DNA of 45,041 nt from Phycisphaerae bacterium (GTDB taxonomy: Bacteria > Planctomycetota > Phycisphaerae > UBA1845 > Fen-1342), in assembly GCA_963675745.2 (NCBI GenBank), contig CAXXWX010000020.1, forward strand, positions 1-45,041, written 5' to 3'. The notes under the pieces were generated by a model. The model was given only the letters and a program-made list of their open reading frames with translations, was not told where the DNA came from and ran no database searches. A program made the translations under genes and the position numbers. Shown in pieces: positions 17,595-28,700 of this stretch (within the stretch, counting starts at the first letter, position 1; every line of letters begins with the position of its first letter).

Positions 17595-20220
17595 CCGGCA
17601 GCGCCATCTCGTCGCCGCGTGCAGCGATGACCCGGAGGTGCGCCGCGTGGTTGCCGAGCTTCTCGCGGCGGACGACGCGGCGGTCGCCGAAGAGTCGCCC
17701 CTGGATCGCTTCGAGCGCGTCTCGGCCGCAGTGCATCCGGGGTTGAGCGACCCGCTCATTGGCCGCCAGATCGGACATTATCGCGTGCTGCGACTGGTCG
17801 GGCGCGGTGCCATGGGGGTGGTCTATGAGGCGGAGCAACAGCAGCCCAGGCGGCGTGTGGCGCTGAAACTGATGCAGGCGGCGCTGCTGCCGGAGTTCGG
17901 CCTGCGCTTCAAACTCGAGACCGACGCGCTCTCGCGCCTGCAGCATCCGGGTATCGCTCATATCTACGAAGCCGGCGTGGCCAATGTGGACGGGCTCGAA
18001 CGCCCCTTCATCGCGATGGAGTTGATCGCGGGGTGTCCGGTGACCCAATACGTACAGACACACGCACTGGACCGCGGCGCGCGTCTCGACCTGTTTCGGG
18101 CAATCTGCGCCGGCGTGGAGCACGCGCACCAGCGCGGAGTGATTCACCGCGATCTGAAGCCGGCCAACGTGTTGGTCACCGAGGACGCCGTACCCAAGAT
18201 CGTCGACTTCGGCGTGGCGCGTCTGCTGGATGAGTCACAGGACCATTCAACCCTCACCGAACCGGGACAGATACTGGGTACGATCGCGTACATGTCGCCC
18301 GAACAGGCACGTGGGGCGGCCGCCGAGGTGGACACGCGCAGCGACGTATACAGCCTCGGCGTGATGCTGTACGAGTTACTGACGGCAAGATTGCCTTATG
18401 ACCTGGAGGGCCGCCCCGCGGTCGAGGCATTGCGGATGGTTGAGGAGTCGCCGCCCGATTTCCGCAGCGTGCGGCATCTGCTAACTGGCGATCTGGCCAC
18501 GTTGGTGGGCAAGGCGCTCCAGAAGGAGAAGGAACGCCGCTATGCCGGGGCATCGGCGCTGGCCGAAGATGTGCGCCGGCTGCGCGAGCACGAGCCGATT
18601 GTCGCGCGTCCCAGCACCGCGATGTACAAGCTACGCAAATTCGCCCAGCGCCATCGCGGGCTGGTGGGCGGCATCGCGACCGCGGCCATCTCGCTGGCCG
18701 TCGCGAGCATCCTCTCGATCAGCTGGGCGCTCGAGGCCACACAGCAGCGGGACGTGGCCGAGACGGAACGCGATCACGCGCGCATCGCCACCGGGGAGAG
18801 CTACTACCAGAGCGCCGAGCGCCTGTTTGCCCGGGGCGCTTGGGATGCCGCACGCGTGTCGTTTGAGCGCGCGATCGAGATCGGGCACCCAGAGAGCGGC
18901 AAGGCGCGGCTGCGCTCTCTCGAGGCGCTGATTTTTGCCGGCGGCATTGCGCGCGCGGACGCGGAGATCGCCGCACTGCCGAGTTTCACTGATCCCCGGC
19001 TCCAGGGATACGCAACATACCTCAAGGCGCAAAGGGCGATTTACTCAGACCCTCTTGGCGACGATAGCCTCGACTTTCTGGAAAAGGCGCTGACCTACCC
19101 GCTCGAACCGGAGCACGAGGCGCTGGCCCGAGCCTGCTTTGCCGAATCACTGACGGAGATGCAGGAGCACGTGCGTATGGCACTGAGTCATTCGCCGGTC
19201 TACCCCCCCGCCACGAACCTGCATGTGTTCCTGCTCTGTCTGTCGGGTGAACACGCTGCGGCGGCCGCGTTCCTCGAACAGATGAGTCTGCTCACGCCGG
19301 ATGACCCCGGGATCGCGCTCTGGCTGGCGATCGTGCGCGCCTTTCAGGGCGCTGATGGCGATGCCGAGAATATGTTGGCGCAGCTACCTGCCAATGGTCG
19401 CACCGTGGGCCGCTTTGCAACACATTCCATCGCGGCGGCGCGCGACTTTTTCGCTGGCGACGAAGCTGCGGCCACGCCGACGGCACTTGCGCAGCTGCTC
19501 AGCGAATGGGCGGAAGGTATGGCTGCGCTGCGCCGTGTACCGCCGGAATCGACTGACGTTGCTGCGGTAGTCGATAACCTTTTTGCGCCCCCACCGATCA
19601 GACGCTACGCATTGAACATGCTCGGCGGCATCGCCTGGGGGGATGTTGAGCGCCTGACCGCAGCCATCCAGTTTCACCCTGATGGCCTGCTACTCTTGCG
19701 GCGGGCGCAGGTCCGTGTGCAAGCCGAGGATTGGGCGGCCGCAGAGGCCGATCTCGATCAGGCGCTATCGGGGCCGTGGACTCTGGGCGGCAAGTGCCGG
19801 GCCGCGCGCCTGCTGGCATACGTGAAGCTGACGCGGCTGTTTGCGGGCGAGGCGCCAGCTTCGCGAACAGAGCGGGCGCGCTTGCTCAATCGCGCGCTGG
19901 AGTCAATCGAGACTCACGGCTGCGCGTTGGATGATGACCTGCGTTTGCTCGTGGTCGGAGTATTCCTGAAGCTCGGAGATGAGCTGGGTGCCGCCGCATA
20001 CGCATACCCTTGGCGGATCACCCCACCCGCTGATGACAAGCTCGCGCTGAAAGCTGCGAGCCACCTGGCGGCAATGGGTGATGGCAATCACGCGCTTCAG
20101 ATCATCGACGCCATCGCGGCTCGTTCTGGAGAAAGCGATGCGCTCGACAAGCTGCGCCAGCAAATCGCGGCTGACCGGGGAATGCCTGAGACTGCCCCCA
20201 ACCCGCGTGGACCACAGTAG
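17527..20220 (+). CDS. Ser/Thr protein kinase with a TM helix and a helical/TPR-like C-terminus
   Basis: N-terminal MTPQQWERARRLF...ACSDDPEVRRVV leader typical of ECF-coupled kinases. Motifs GRGAMGVVY, HRDLKPAN, DFG, YMSPEQ. Confidence 0.95.
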   Translation: MTPQQWERARRLFSTITQRPTPDRQRHLVAACSDDPEVRRVVAELLAADDAAVAEESPLDRFERVSAAVHPGLSDPLIGRQIGHYRVLRLVGRGAMGVVYEAEQQQPRRRVALKLMQAALLPEFGLRFKLETDALSRLQHPGIAHIYEAGVANVDGLERPFIAMELIAGCPVTQYVQTHALDRGARLDLFRAICAGVEHAHQRGVIHRDLKPANVLVTEDAVPKIVDFGVARLLDESQDHSTLTEPGQILGTIAYMSPEQARGAAAEVDTRSDVYSLGVMLYELLTARLPYDLEGRPAVEALRMVEESPPDFRSVRHLLTGDLATLVGKALQKEKERRYAGASALAEDVRRLREHEPIVARPSTAMYKLRKFAQRHRGLVGGIATAAISLAVASILSISWALEATQQRDVAETERDHARIATGESYYQSAERLFARGAWDAARVSFERAIEIGHPESGKARLRSLEALIFAGGIARADAEIAALPSFTDPRLQGYATYLKAQRAIYSDPLGDDSLDFLEKALTYPLEPEHEALARACFAESLTEMQEHVRMALSHSPVYPPATNLHVFLLCLSGEHAAAAAFLEQMSLLTPDDPGIALWLAIVRAFQGADGDAENMLAQLPANGRTVGRFATHSIAAARDFFAGDEAAATPTALAQLLSEWAEGMAALRRVPPESTDVAAVVDNLFAPPPIRRYALNMLGGIAWGDVERLTAAIQFHPDGLLLLRRAQVRVQAEDWAAAEADLDQALSGPWTLGGKCRAARLLAYVKLTRLFAGEAPASRTERARLLNRALESIETHGCALDDDLRLLVVGVFLKLGDELGAAAYAYPWRITPPADDKLALKAASHLAAMGDGNHALQIIDAIAARSGESDALDKLRQQIAADRGMPETAPNPRGPQ

Positions 20221-20502
20221 ACGAAGCGCCCCGAGCGCACCTGCCACGTGATCCCATATAAACTCGGACTCCAATCCCGGCGGAACTCCTGTGCCTTGTG
20301 AATGCCTGCACAAAGGGGACACATAAGTACCGTTCGCTCGCGCTCAAGATCGGAGGGTCCGGCGTTTGTTTCGCGATCGACATCCTATTCGGGACCGGCG
20401 CGCGGCCCCTGCTGATCATCGGGTTGAGGCCCTGGATGTCGAGGACGTTGGTGACTGGTCCCGCGGTGAGCACGTCGTCTTCACGTGAAACGGAGTCGCA
20501 TG

Positions 20503-23500
20503 CTACTCGCCTGGCTGCGAGGTTGGCTGACTGGACGCGTGTTGGGTTGGAGGCCGCGGTGTGGCCTGCCACACCTCCAACTTCGCCCGCCACTCGGCCG
20601 CCTTCGCGCCGTAGCCCTGGTCCGGCTCGGCAGCGTGCCAGGCGTCATAGAGGCCGATCAGCAGATCGACAGCATCGATAGTTTCCTGATGATCAGCACC
20701 AAATCGCGTTCGGCCACGCTCCACGCACTCCAGACACAGTTGTTCCGCCTCTGCGTAACAAGCCGTTTTGCGGAGCAGATAGGCGAGGTTGCCGAGCGCG
20801 TGCATGATGTCAGGGTGGTCGTCGTTCAGCACCCGGCGACGACGCTCCAATACCTCCCGGTAGCACGACTCGGCCTCCGCGTGCTTGCCTTGTCTCATGA
20901 GCAAGCCGCCCATGTTGCTGATTGAGGTCAAGGTATTTGGGTGGTCCTCACCCAGCACCCGGCGCAGACCCTCCAATGCCTCGCGGAGGAGAGGTTCAGC
21001 CTCAGATAGCTTTCCACTTGCTTCGAGCAGGTTTCCCAGGTTGCTTATCGCGGCCAGGGTGCTTTGGTGCTCACTCCCCAGGATGCGGCGTGCTTTCTCG
21101 ACGGTTTCGCGCATGTACGGCTCGGCCTCTGCAAGCTTCCCCTGCGCCTGGAGCAATGCGCTCATGTCGTTCAGCCAGACCAGAAGGTACGGGTGATCAT
21201 CACCGAAAACGCGGCGGCCCGTGGCGAGCGCTTCCTCGAACAGAACTTTCGCCTCTTCCAGCTTGCCCTGCGCCTTCAGCAGGCCACCGAAGTTGCCAGC
21301 CGCAATCAGTGTATTCGCATGGTCGCTACCCAGGTCGCGACGCAAGCCCTCCAGCCCCTCCCGCAGAAGCGGCTCAGCCTCGGGCAGCTTACCCAATCTT
21401 CTGAGCAGGTTACCCAGCCCGGTAATCGAGATCAGCGTTTCGTGGTGGTCGTTCCCGAGCACGCGGCGTTTGGCGTCCAGTGCTTCGCGGTAGTACGCCG
21501 CGGCTTCTGCGAATTCGCCCTGCGACTCGAGTAAGGCACCCATGTTGTGAATAGAGCTCAGCGTCTCAGCGTGGTTGTTACCCAGTATGCGACGCCTCTT
21601 CTCCAGAGCTTCGCGAATACAAACCTCCGCCTCGTTCAGTTTGCCCAGTGACACCAGCACACCACCTACATTGCTCAGCGATCTCAATGTGTCAGGGTGA
21701 TCATCGCCGAGCACGCGACGGCGACGTTCGAGCGACTCGTGCCAGTACTTTTCTGCACCAGCCAAATCGCCTTTTTGGTACAGGAGGCCACCCATGTTGT
21801 TGATTGAGACCAACGTGAGCGGATCGTCATTCCCCAGCTCGCGCCGGCTACCTTCCAGCGCCTCGCGATAGTACAGCTCGGCCTCGTCCAGCTTTCCTTG
21901 GTCGTAGAGCAGACCGCCGACATTGTTCAGTGATCTCAACGTGTCAGAGTGATCATCACCCAGCACGCGGCGGCGACGTTCGAGGATCTCGCGATAGCAC
22001 TGTTCAGATTGGGCCAGCTTGCCTTTTAGTTCGAGCAACCGACCGATATGACCCGCCGTGGCCAGCACGCGGGAGTCATCCTCGCCCAGCAAGCGACGCA
22101 GCCCTGCCAACGCCTCGTTGAGGTGCTCCTCAGATTGATCGAGCTTACCGCGTAGTTGCAGCAGGAATCCCATGTTGCTGATCGCAGACAGTGTGTCCAC
22201 ATGATCGTCGCCGAGTTGCGCGCGGTAGATGCGCAGTGACTCTTCACGCGGCGCGGTGGCACGTTCCAGCAAGCCAAGGTCTTGCAGAGCAGAAGCAATG
22301 GTCTGAAGCAGACGGGCCTTGACGACCGGCTGATCGGCGAATTGCCTCTCAATCGCTGCTATTGCCCGCTTGAAGAGACTCTCATCCAGCAGCTCAAGTG
22401 ATAGACCGGTCAGGTCTGCGCCCGCCAGCAACTCCTCAACCGCGTCAACGCGCTCGGCGAGCGCCGCTTCGTCGAGTCGTGAGCGTTCGCCTGCAGCGCG
22501 CACGCGGTCGATCAGGCCGCGCCGCAAACGTAGTGCCATCATTGGCACATCGACGCCCGAGAGCTGCTCAGCCTGGAATTCTACCACCGCGCTCAGCTCC
22601 GCGGCGCGCCGTTGTTCCGCCACACGGGCCACATCGGCGGCATCGCGGGCCTGCATCGCGTCACTCAGCCGCTGCTCCGCCAGCTTCTCGGCGGCCAGCG
22701 CCCGGCTCAGACCGATGCTGGTGCCGATCACTCCGGCCACCAGCACAACAAACACCGCCGCAATGCCACCGACCAGGGTCTTGTTGCGCCGGGCAAACTT
22801 GCGGAGCTGATAGGTGGCACTCGGTGGTCGGGCGACGATCGGCTCGTCGGCGAGGTAGCGCCGGATGTCGCTGCCCAGGTCGCTGGCTGACTGGTAACGC
22901 CGCTCTTTCTCCTTCGCCAGCGCCTTGGCGACGATCGTCTCCACGTCGCCGCGGAACACGCGGTTGACGTTGCTCAAAGGCGTAGGCTCGTCGTCGCGGA
23001 TGACCCGCACTGCTTCATGGACCATCTTCTGCCGAATGTCATATGGCAGGCGGCCGGCCAGCAGCTCGTAGAGCACAACGCCCAGCGCGTACACGTCGCT
23101 GCGCGTGTCCAGTTCCGTTGGGTCACCGCCGGCCTGCTCCGGCGACATGTAGGGCACGGTGCCGATGAGCTGGCCGATGTCGGTGCGCAGCGTGGTCGCC
23201 TGGATGTCGGCGTCGGTCGCCCGCGCCACGCCGAAGTCGAGGATCTTCGGCTGGCCATCGCTCGTGACGAGGATGTTGCCCGGCTTGAGATCACGGTGGA
23301 TGATGCCCTTCTGGTGAGCGTGATGCACGGCGTCGCAGATGCGGGCGGCGAGATCGAGTCGGGCGCGTGTGCCGAGTTTGTGCGCGCTGACGAACTGCGT
23401 CAGCGATTGACCGTGGACGAGCTCCATCGCGAAGTAGGGCTGCGGGCCGTGGCCGGTATCCGCCGTGCCGGCTTCGTAGATCTGCGCAATTCCCGGGTGC

Positions 23501-23904
23501 TGGAGCCGGCCGAGCACCTCTGCCTCGTGGCGGAAGCGCTCAAGCAGCGTAGGCGTGGTCACGCCGGCGCTGATGACCTTCAGGGCGACCTCGCGTTGCG
23601 GGTGCTCCTGCTGCGCGACGTAGACCACACCCATGCCGCCCTGACCCAGGATGCGGAGAATGCGGTATGAGCCGATTCGCTCAGGCAGCCATTGAGCGGC
23701 CCCCAGCGTGGCTGATTCGGTTGCGGCCGGCTCTGGCGATGGCAACGTGGTTCGGTGCTCAGCCCGGACGAGCATTTCCTCAACGTTCCGCAACAACTCG
23801 CTGTCACCGGCGCAGGCTTCGCACAGAAAGGCCGTCCGTTGCTCGGCGGGCTGCTCCAACGCCGCCCGGTAGAGCTGATAGACTCTTACGCGGTCCTCAG
23901 CCAT
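20503..23904 (-). CDS. Ser/Thr protein kinase with a TM helix and 42-aa TPR repeats
   Basis: Motifs GQGGMGVVY, HRDLKPGN, DFG, YMSPEQ. TM LVGGIAAVFVVLVAGVIGTSIGL. LGDDHxDTL repeats. Start overlaps the ECF stop (ATGGCTGA). Confidence 0.95.
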   Translation of the reverse strand: MAEDRVRVYQLYRAALEQPAEQRTAFLCEACAGDSELLRNVEEMLVRAEHRTTLPSPEPAATESATLGAAQWLPERIGSYRILRILGQGGMGVVYVAQQEHPQREVALKVISAGVTTPTLLERFRHEAEVLGRLQHPGIAQIYEAGTADTGHGPQPYFAMELVHGQSLTQFVSAHKLGTRARLDLAARICDAVHHAHQKGIIHRDLKPGNILVTSDGQPKILDFGVARATDADIQATTLRTDIGQLIGTVPYMSPEQAGGDPTELDTRSDVYALGVVLYELLAGRLPYDIRQKMVHEAVRVIRDDEPTPLSNVNRVFRGDVETIVAKALAKEKERRYQSASDLGSDIRRYLADEPIVARPPSATYQLRKFARRNKTLVGGIAAVFVVLVAGVIGTSIGLSRALAAEKLAEQRLSDAMQARDAADVARVAEQRRAAELSAVVEFQAEQLSGVDVPMMALRLRRGLIDRVRAAGERSRLDEAALAERVDAVEELLAGADLTGLSLELLDESLFKRAIAAIERQFADQPVVKARLLQTIASALQDLGLLERATAPREESLRIYRAQLGDDHVDTLSAISNMGFLLQLRGKLDQSEEHLNEALAGLRRLLGEDDSRVLATAGHIGRLLELKGKLAQSEQCYREILERRRRVLGDDHSDTLRSLNNVGGLLYDQGKLDEAELYYREALEGSRRELGNDDPLTLVSINNMGGLLYQKGDLAGAEKYWHESLERRRRVLGDDHPDTLRSLSNVGGVLVSLGKLNEAEVCIREALEKRRRILGNNHAETLSSIHNMGALLESQGEFAEAAAYYREALDAKRRVLGNDHHETLISITGLGNLLRRLGKLPEAEPLLREGLEGLRRDLGSDHANTLIAAGNFGGLLKAQGKLEEAKVLFEEALATGRRVFGDDHPYLLVWLNDMSALLQAQGKLAEAEPYMRETVEKARRILGSEHQSTLAAISNLGNLLEASGKLSEAEPLLREALEGLRRVLGEDHPNTLTSISNMGGLLMRQGKHAEAESCYREVLERRRRVLNDDHPDIMHALGNLAYLLRKTACYAEAEQLCLECVERGRTRFGADHQETIDAVDLLIGLYDAWHAAEPDQGYGAKAAEWRAKLEVWQATPRPPTQHASSQPTSQPGE

Positions 23905-24472
23905 CCTCAATCCTCCGCACGAGGCATTGCCTCAGCCAGTTCTTGACGTGCGACCAGGCGCGCTCTGCCGTTCGCACCGACATGCCGAGCTGTTCCGCCA
24001 CTTCCTGCATGGAGAGCCCGCCGAAGAAATGCAGCGTCACGATGTCGCTATCGGTGGGGTAGACCTGACTTAGCTCATCGAGCGCTTCTGCCAGATCAAG
24101 GGCACTTACGATCCGGTCGTCAAACTCGATCCGCGCCAGCTCCGGGGGTATCTCAACGCGATGGGGGCGTCCGCGCCGTTTGCGGCCGTGCTCGGCCAGA
24201 ATCTGCCGCATGGCGCGGGCGGCGGCGGCAAAGAGATAGGCCCGGTCGGGTGCTTTCTGCGGCACCTGCCCCTGCGTCAGTCGGAGAAACACCTCGTGCA
24301 CAAGGGCGGTCGGGGCGAGCGTGTGATCGGGCCGCTCATGACGCATTCGCCGCCCGGCCATCGCGCGCAGCTCATCGTACATCAGTGCAATGAGTCTGTC
24401 GTTGGCACCCGTCTCGCCACGGCGAATCGCGGCCAGCAACGTGGTAACATCGCGCCCATCGCCGACTGACAT
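23897..24472 (-). CDS. ECF sigma-70 factor, Ser/Thr-kinase-associated (TIGR02999-like), 191 aa
   Basis: MSVGDGRDVTTLL..., YDELRAMA, HTLAPTALVHE, YLFAAAARAMRQIL, LHFFGGLSMQEVA. RBS GAGGGTG before ATG 24472. Confidence 0.93.
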   Translation of the reverse strand: MSVGDGRDVTTLLAAIRRGETGANDRLIALMYDELRAMAGRRMRHERPDHTLAPTALVHEVFLRLTQGQVPQKAPDRAYLFAAAARAMRQILAEHGRKRRGRPHRVEIPPELARIEFDDRIVSALDLAEALDELSQVYPTDSDIVTLHFFGGLSMQEVAEQLGMSVRTAERAWSHVKNWLRQCLVRRIEDG

Positions 24473-24511
24473 GCCACACCCTCTGAAATCCGCAAGAAAA
24501 CCAAACGTTTC

Positions 24512-24539
24512 TGACGGCCTACCGGGCGGATTCTCGCAA
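24512..24539 (+). promoter_or_regulatory. Putative ECF promoter TGACGG-N17-CGCAA, divergent from the ECF gene
   Basis: Exact motif. The downstream target is unclear (ATGs at 24565 and 24582, no convincing protein). Confidence 0.62.
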
Positions 24540-25507
24540 GAAGCATCAAGAGCAACAAGTGGCAATGTACGCGTCGCGGCTATGCTAAACCAGGTTGCCG
24601 TGGCGGCCGCCAACTGGCGGATCTGTCTGATCAGGCTCTCGGCCGGAGTGGCGAACGTGATGCAGGTATCCCAGGTCGCATCAGCGCAGCGTGAAGTGAA
24701 CGATGTTAAGCGCAAAGCATCGGTGCACGAGCTAGCGGCTCTATCGGAACCTGGACCCGGTCTAAGCGCGCTGCTGACCCAATACCGCAAGTACCTCGCC
24801 CCCCTGACGAATGACGCGGCTTGCATCTCCGTGATGGGGCCAATCGTGCTTCCAACGTCATCGACGGCGCGTTGCGACGACGTACCCCGCGCGGGCGAGT
24901 CTGCGCTCGCTGGCCCCTCGGTGATACCCCGAGAGCTTCTTGTTGTGCTCGTGGCCGTCATTCGGTGGAGCGACCCATAGGATGGAAACAGCAAGCGCCC
25001 CTCAAAGCGTCTGGCGCGCAGAGGTCGTAATACAGCGCTCGACGTCAACACCGGCCGCCCCTCCGGCGATCTGTAGTGCGTGGCATATCGTCGGCGGCGT
25101 TCGGCAGTGCCCTGGATCGACACGTGACGCGTCAGGAGCGTCGAACGCGGCTTAATGTGACCACCGGGAACACCACGCCATTCGTAGGCAACCTCAGCCG
25201 TCTGGCCACCGGCGGGATTCACCAACGCTTCCGTCAGACCGTCGAATAGGCCGAGCCGGTGCGTTCGCATGGCCGACGTCGACGCTGATGCATTCACCCT
25301 GGGCTGGTCCCGGCAAGTGCGGCAAACATGCTTCTGGCGAACCCGGACCGTGCTCACCGACTCTGTGCCGCGAGCAATCTCATAGAGATTGGAACCGAAC
25401 CTGGCGGGCTCAGCGCCTGAGACGGTACCGTACTGGAAACGCGCAAGTCCCTTGCCAGCAAGAAGGACAAAACAGACCGGACAGACGGCGCATGGGCGAC
25501 ACGTTTA

Positions 25508-25537
25508 TTCCTGATCCATCTGCCGAGGGGGTATACT
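25508..25537 (+). promoter_or_regulatory. Putative sigma70-type promoter of beta-helix gene copy 2 (TTCCTG-N18-TATACT)
   Basis: Near-consensus -10 element, conserved in the paralogous leader at 6158-6187. Confidence 0.45.
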
Positions 25538-25741
25538 GGACGTGTGGACCGCTCCGGTGGAGGGGAGCCGCGGCCGCCGCTGGCGGGGTGTGCCAGCCCG
25601 TGGCACAAATCTGGGGCAATTAGTGCAAGATCCCTGGGGCGGTCTGCAATAGGACGTCGATGCGTGAATCGCGCCGCGTCAGTGGTGGTCGCTGCCGCAG
25701 GCTTAGCTGATCCAGGACAAAGTCAAGCAGGAAGGTGGGCA

Positions 25742-28700
25742 ATGTCCGAACCACGAAACAGGAATGGCGGTACGCCGCGGCGATCTGGCTGAGCTGTCTG
25801 GTCGGCCGGGGTGGCACTCGGTGGCGTGTGGTATGTCGATGACGACGCGCCGAATGACCCCGGGCCGGGGGATCCACTGATCAGCGATCCGAATGAAGAC
25901 GGTTCGGCCACGCACCCGTTCGATGCGATTCAGGATGCGATAGATGTCGCGGTCGATGGCGATGAGGTCGTGCTACTCGATGGCACGTACACCGGCGACG
26001 ACAACCGCGATCTCGACTTCCACGGTAGAGCCGTCACTGTACGTAGTGCGTCCGGCAATCCGGCAACGTGCATCATCGACTGCGAAGGCGCTGGTCGCGG
26101 GTTTTACTTCCACAACGGCGAGGGGCCGGGCTCAATCGTTCAGGGCCTGACGGTAACGCGCGGGCGGAGCACCTTGGGCGGTGGCATCCACTGCGACGAC
26201 AGCAGCCCGACACTCGCCAATTGCACGATCGCTGGAAACTCGGCCGAGTACGATGGCGGCGGCGTGTATTGCCGAGAGAGCAACGTAACAGTATCGAGCT
26301 GCACGATTATCGAGAATTCCGCCAATCAGGGTGGTGGCGGCGTCTACTGCGATGGCGGCAGCCCAACGCTGACCAATTGCGCGATCGGCGGCAACTCGGC
26401 CGTATACAGTGGCGGCGGTGTCCTCTGCAACGACGGCAGCCCGACGATGACTAACTGCGCGATCAGCGGCAACGTGGCCAGCTTCGCCGGCGGAGGAGTC
26501 ATCTGCCTCGGCAGCCCAACGCTGGCCAATTGCACGATTAGCGGCAACTCGGTCCGCCTCTACGGCGGCGGCGTGTATTGCGCCGACAGCAGCACGATGG
26601 TGACCAACTGTATTCTCTGGGGTAACACGCCGGAGCAATTCTACGTTTACTCTGGCGATGACCCGGTTGTGACCTACTGTGACATCCAGGATGGCATGGG
26701 TGAGTCCTGGTTCGGCGTAGGCTGCATTGACATCGATCCTCTATTCGCCTTCGCAGACGATCTGCATCTGATGTCCGGCTCACCGTGTATCGATGTGGGC
26801 ACCAACGCACTACCCGGCGGGCTCCCGGCCGATGACCTGGATGGGAGTCCGCGTGCGCTGGATGGCGACGGAGACACGCTCGCCATCGCCGACATGGGCG
26901 CCTACGAGTTCAATCCGGCTGTTCCCTCGATCGCTTTAAGCCCGACAGATTTCGAGTTCTTCGCGCGAATCGGAGACGACGATCCGAACGTGCAGACGCT
27001 GATGCTGCGCAACGCCGGTGGGGAAACGCTGGCTTGGGAGATCAACGGCGAGCCCGCCTGGTTGTCGGTCTCGCCGTCCACTGGAGCGTCAGACGGGCAG
27101 GTGGAGGAAGTGATTCTGGGCGTGGACATCAGCGGCCTGGCCGCAGGCATGTACCGCGCTGTATTGGAGATATCCGACCCACAGGCGGTGAACTCGCCGC
27201 GTCACATTGTCGTTACGCTTCAAATCGCCTCAGCGAATGCGCTTCATGTGCCAAGCGAGTACCCTACGATTCAGGCGGCAATTGACGCGGCGACCTTGGG
27301 AGACGAGATCGTCATCGCCGACGGGACCTACACCGGCGTGGGGAACAAGAACCTGGACTTCGGCGGCAAGGCGATCACGGTCCGCAGCGCCAGCGGTGAC
27401 CCGGCCAGTTGCATCGTTGATTGCGAGGGCGATGGTCGGGGATTCCGCTTTCATACTGGCGAGGGGCTGGACTCGGTTGTCAACGGCTTGACCATAACGC
27501 GCGGGAACGGCAGGGGCGGCGGCGTCTATTGCTCCCGCAGCAGCCCGACGCTGACTGATTGCAGGATCATCGGAAACTCGGGTAGTAACAGCGGCGGCGG
27601 CGTAATGTGCGACGATGCCAGCCGCCCAGCTCTCACAAACTGCACGATCAGTGCCAACTCATGTACCAATTGGGGCGGCGGGGTCTTTTGCAGCAACAGT
27701 GCCCCGACGCTGATCAACTGCACAATCAGCGAGAATTCGTCCACGTACTATCAGGGTGGAGGTGTCTTTTGCTCGAGTAGCAATGCGACACTGATCAACT
27801 GCACAATCAGCGGAAACTCGGCCAACGACCATGGCGGCGGCGTGTACTGCGGCGGCGGCATCCCGATACTGATTGACTGCGCGATTACCGGCAACACTGC
27901 GGACTACGGCGGTGGCGTCTTCTGCTCAACCTCCGCACCATTCCTAATCAACTGCAGGATCACCGCGAACTCAGTCAGCAGCAGCGGCGGCGGCGTTATG
28001 TGCTCCCTCTACAGTGGCCCGACACTCACCAACTGCACGATTTGTGCGAATTCGGCCGAGTACGGCGGCGGTGTCGTCTGCAGTGCAGCCAGCAACCCGG
28101 TACTGCCCACCACGCTGACCAACTGCACGATCGGCGGGAACTGGGCCAGGAGCTTTGGCGGCGGTATTGCCTGTTACAACAGCAACACGAGACTGACCAA
28201 TTGTATTGTCTGGGGCAGTGTCCCTGAGGAGATGTACATCGGGGAAGAAGGCGATCCAACCCTGGCGTATTGCTGCATCCTTGGCGGCTGGTCGGGCGAG
28301 GGCAACATCGACCTGGATCCGCTACTGACACCAGACGGTCATCTGACGGCCGAATCTCCGTGCATCGATCTGGGCAGTGATTCAGCCCTGCCACAGGATT
28401 GGCTCGACTTGGACGGTGACGGCGACACAACTGAGCCGAGCCCGTTCGACATCGATGGTGACGATCGCGTCCTCGATGCGCAGGTGGATATGGGGGCTGA
28501 TGAGTTCCTGGACAGCGATGGCGATATGCTGCCCGGTTGGTGGGAGCAGAAGTACAGCGGGTCGCCAACCGGCGTGGACCCGTGGCGAGATTCAGACGGT
28601 GACCTGCTGTGCGCTGCTGATGAGTACCGCGTCTACGGCAGCAACCCGATGGGCGGGGCCTGGTATGTCAGCACAAGCGGAGACGATGCCTTTGACGGCA

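Noticed and set aside
20221..20502. Possible small gene between the two convergent kinases
   Set aside because: No start, RBS or recognisable motif in any frame that I could support.
24473..25357. 295-aa N-terminal extension of the ECF sigma (486-aa ORF)
   Set aside because: Sigma homology starts at M24472, which has its own RBS. The extension is compositionally unlike real protein and covers a promoter motif. The same reasoning applies to 16755-16943.
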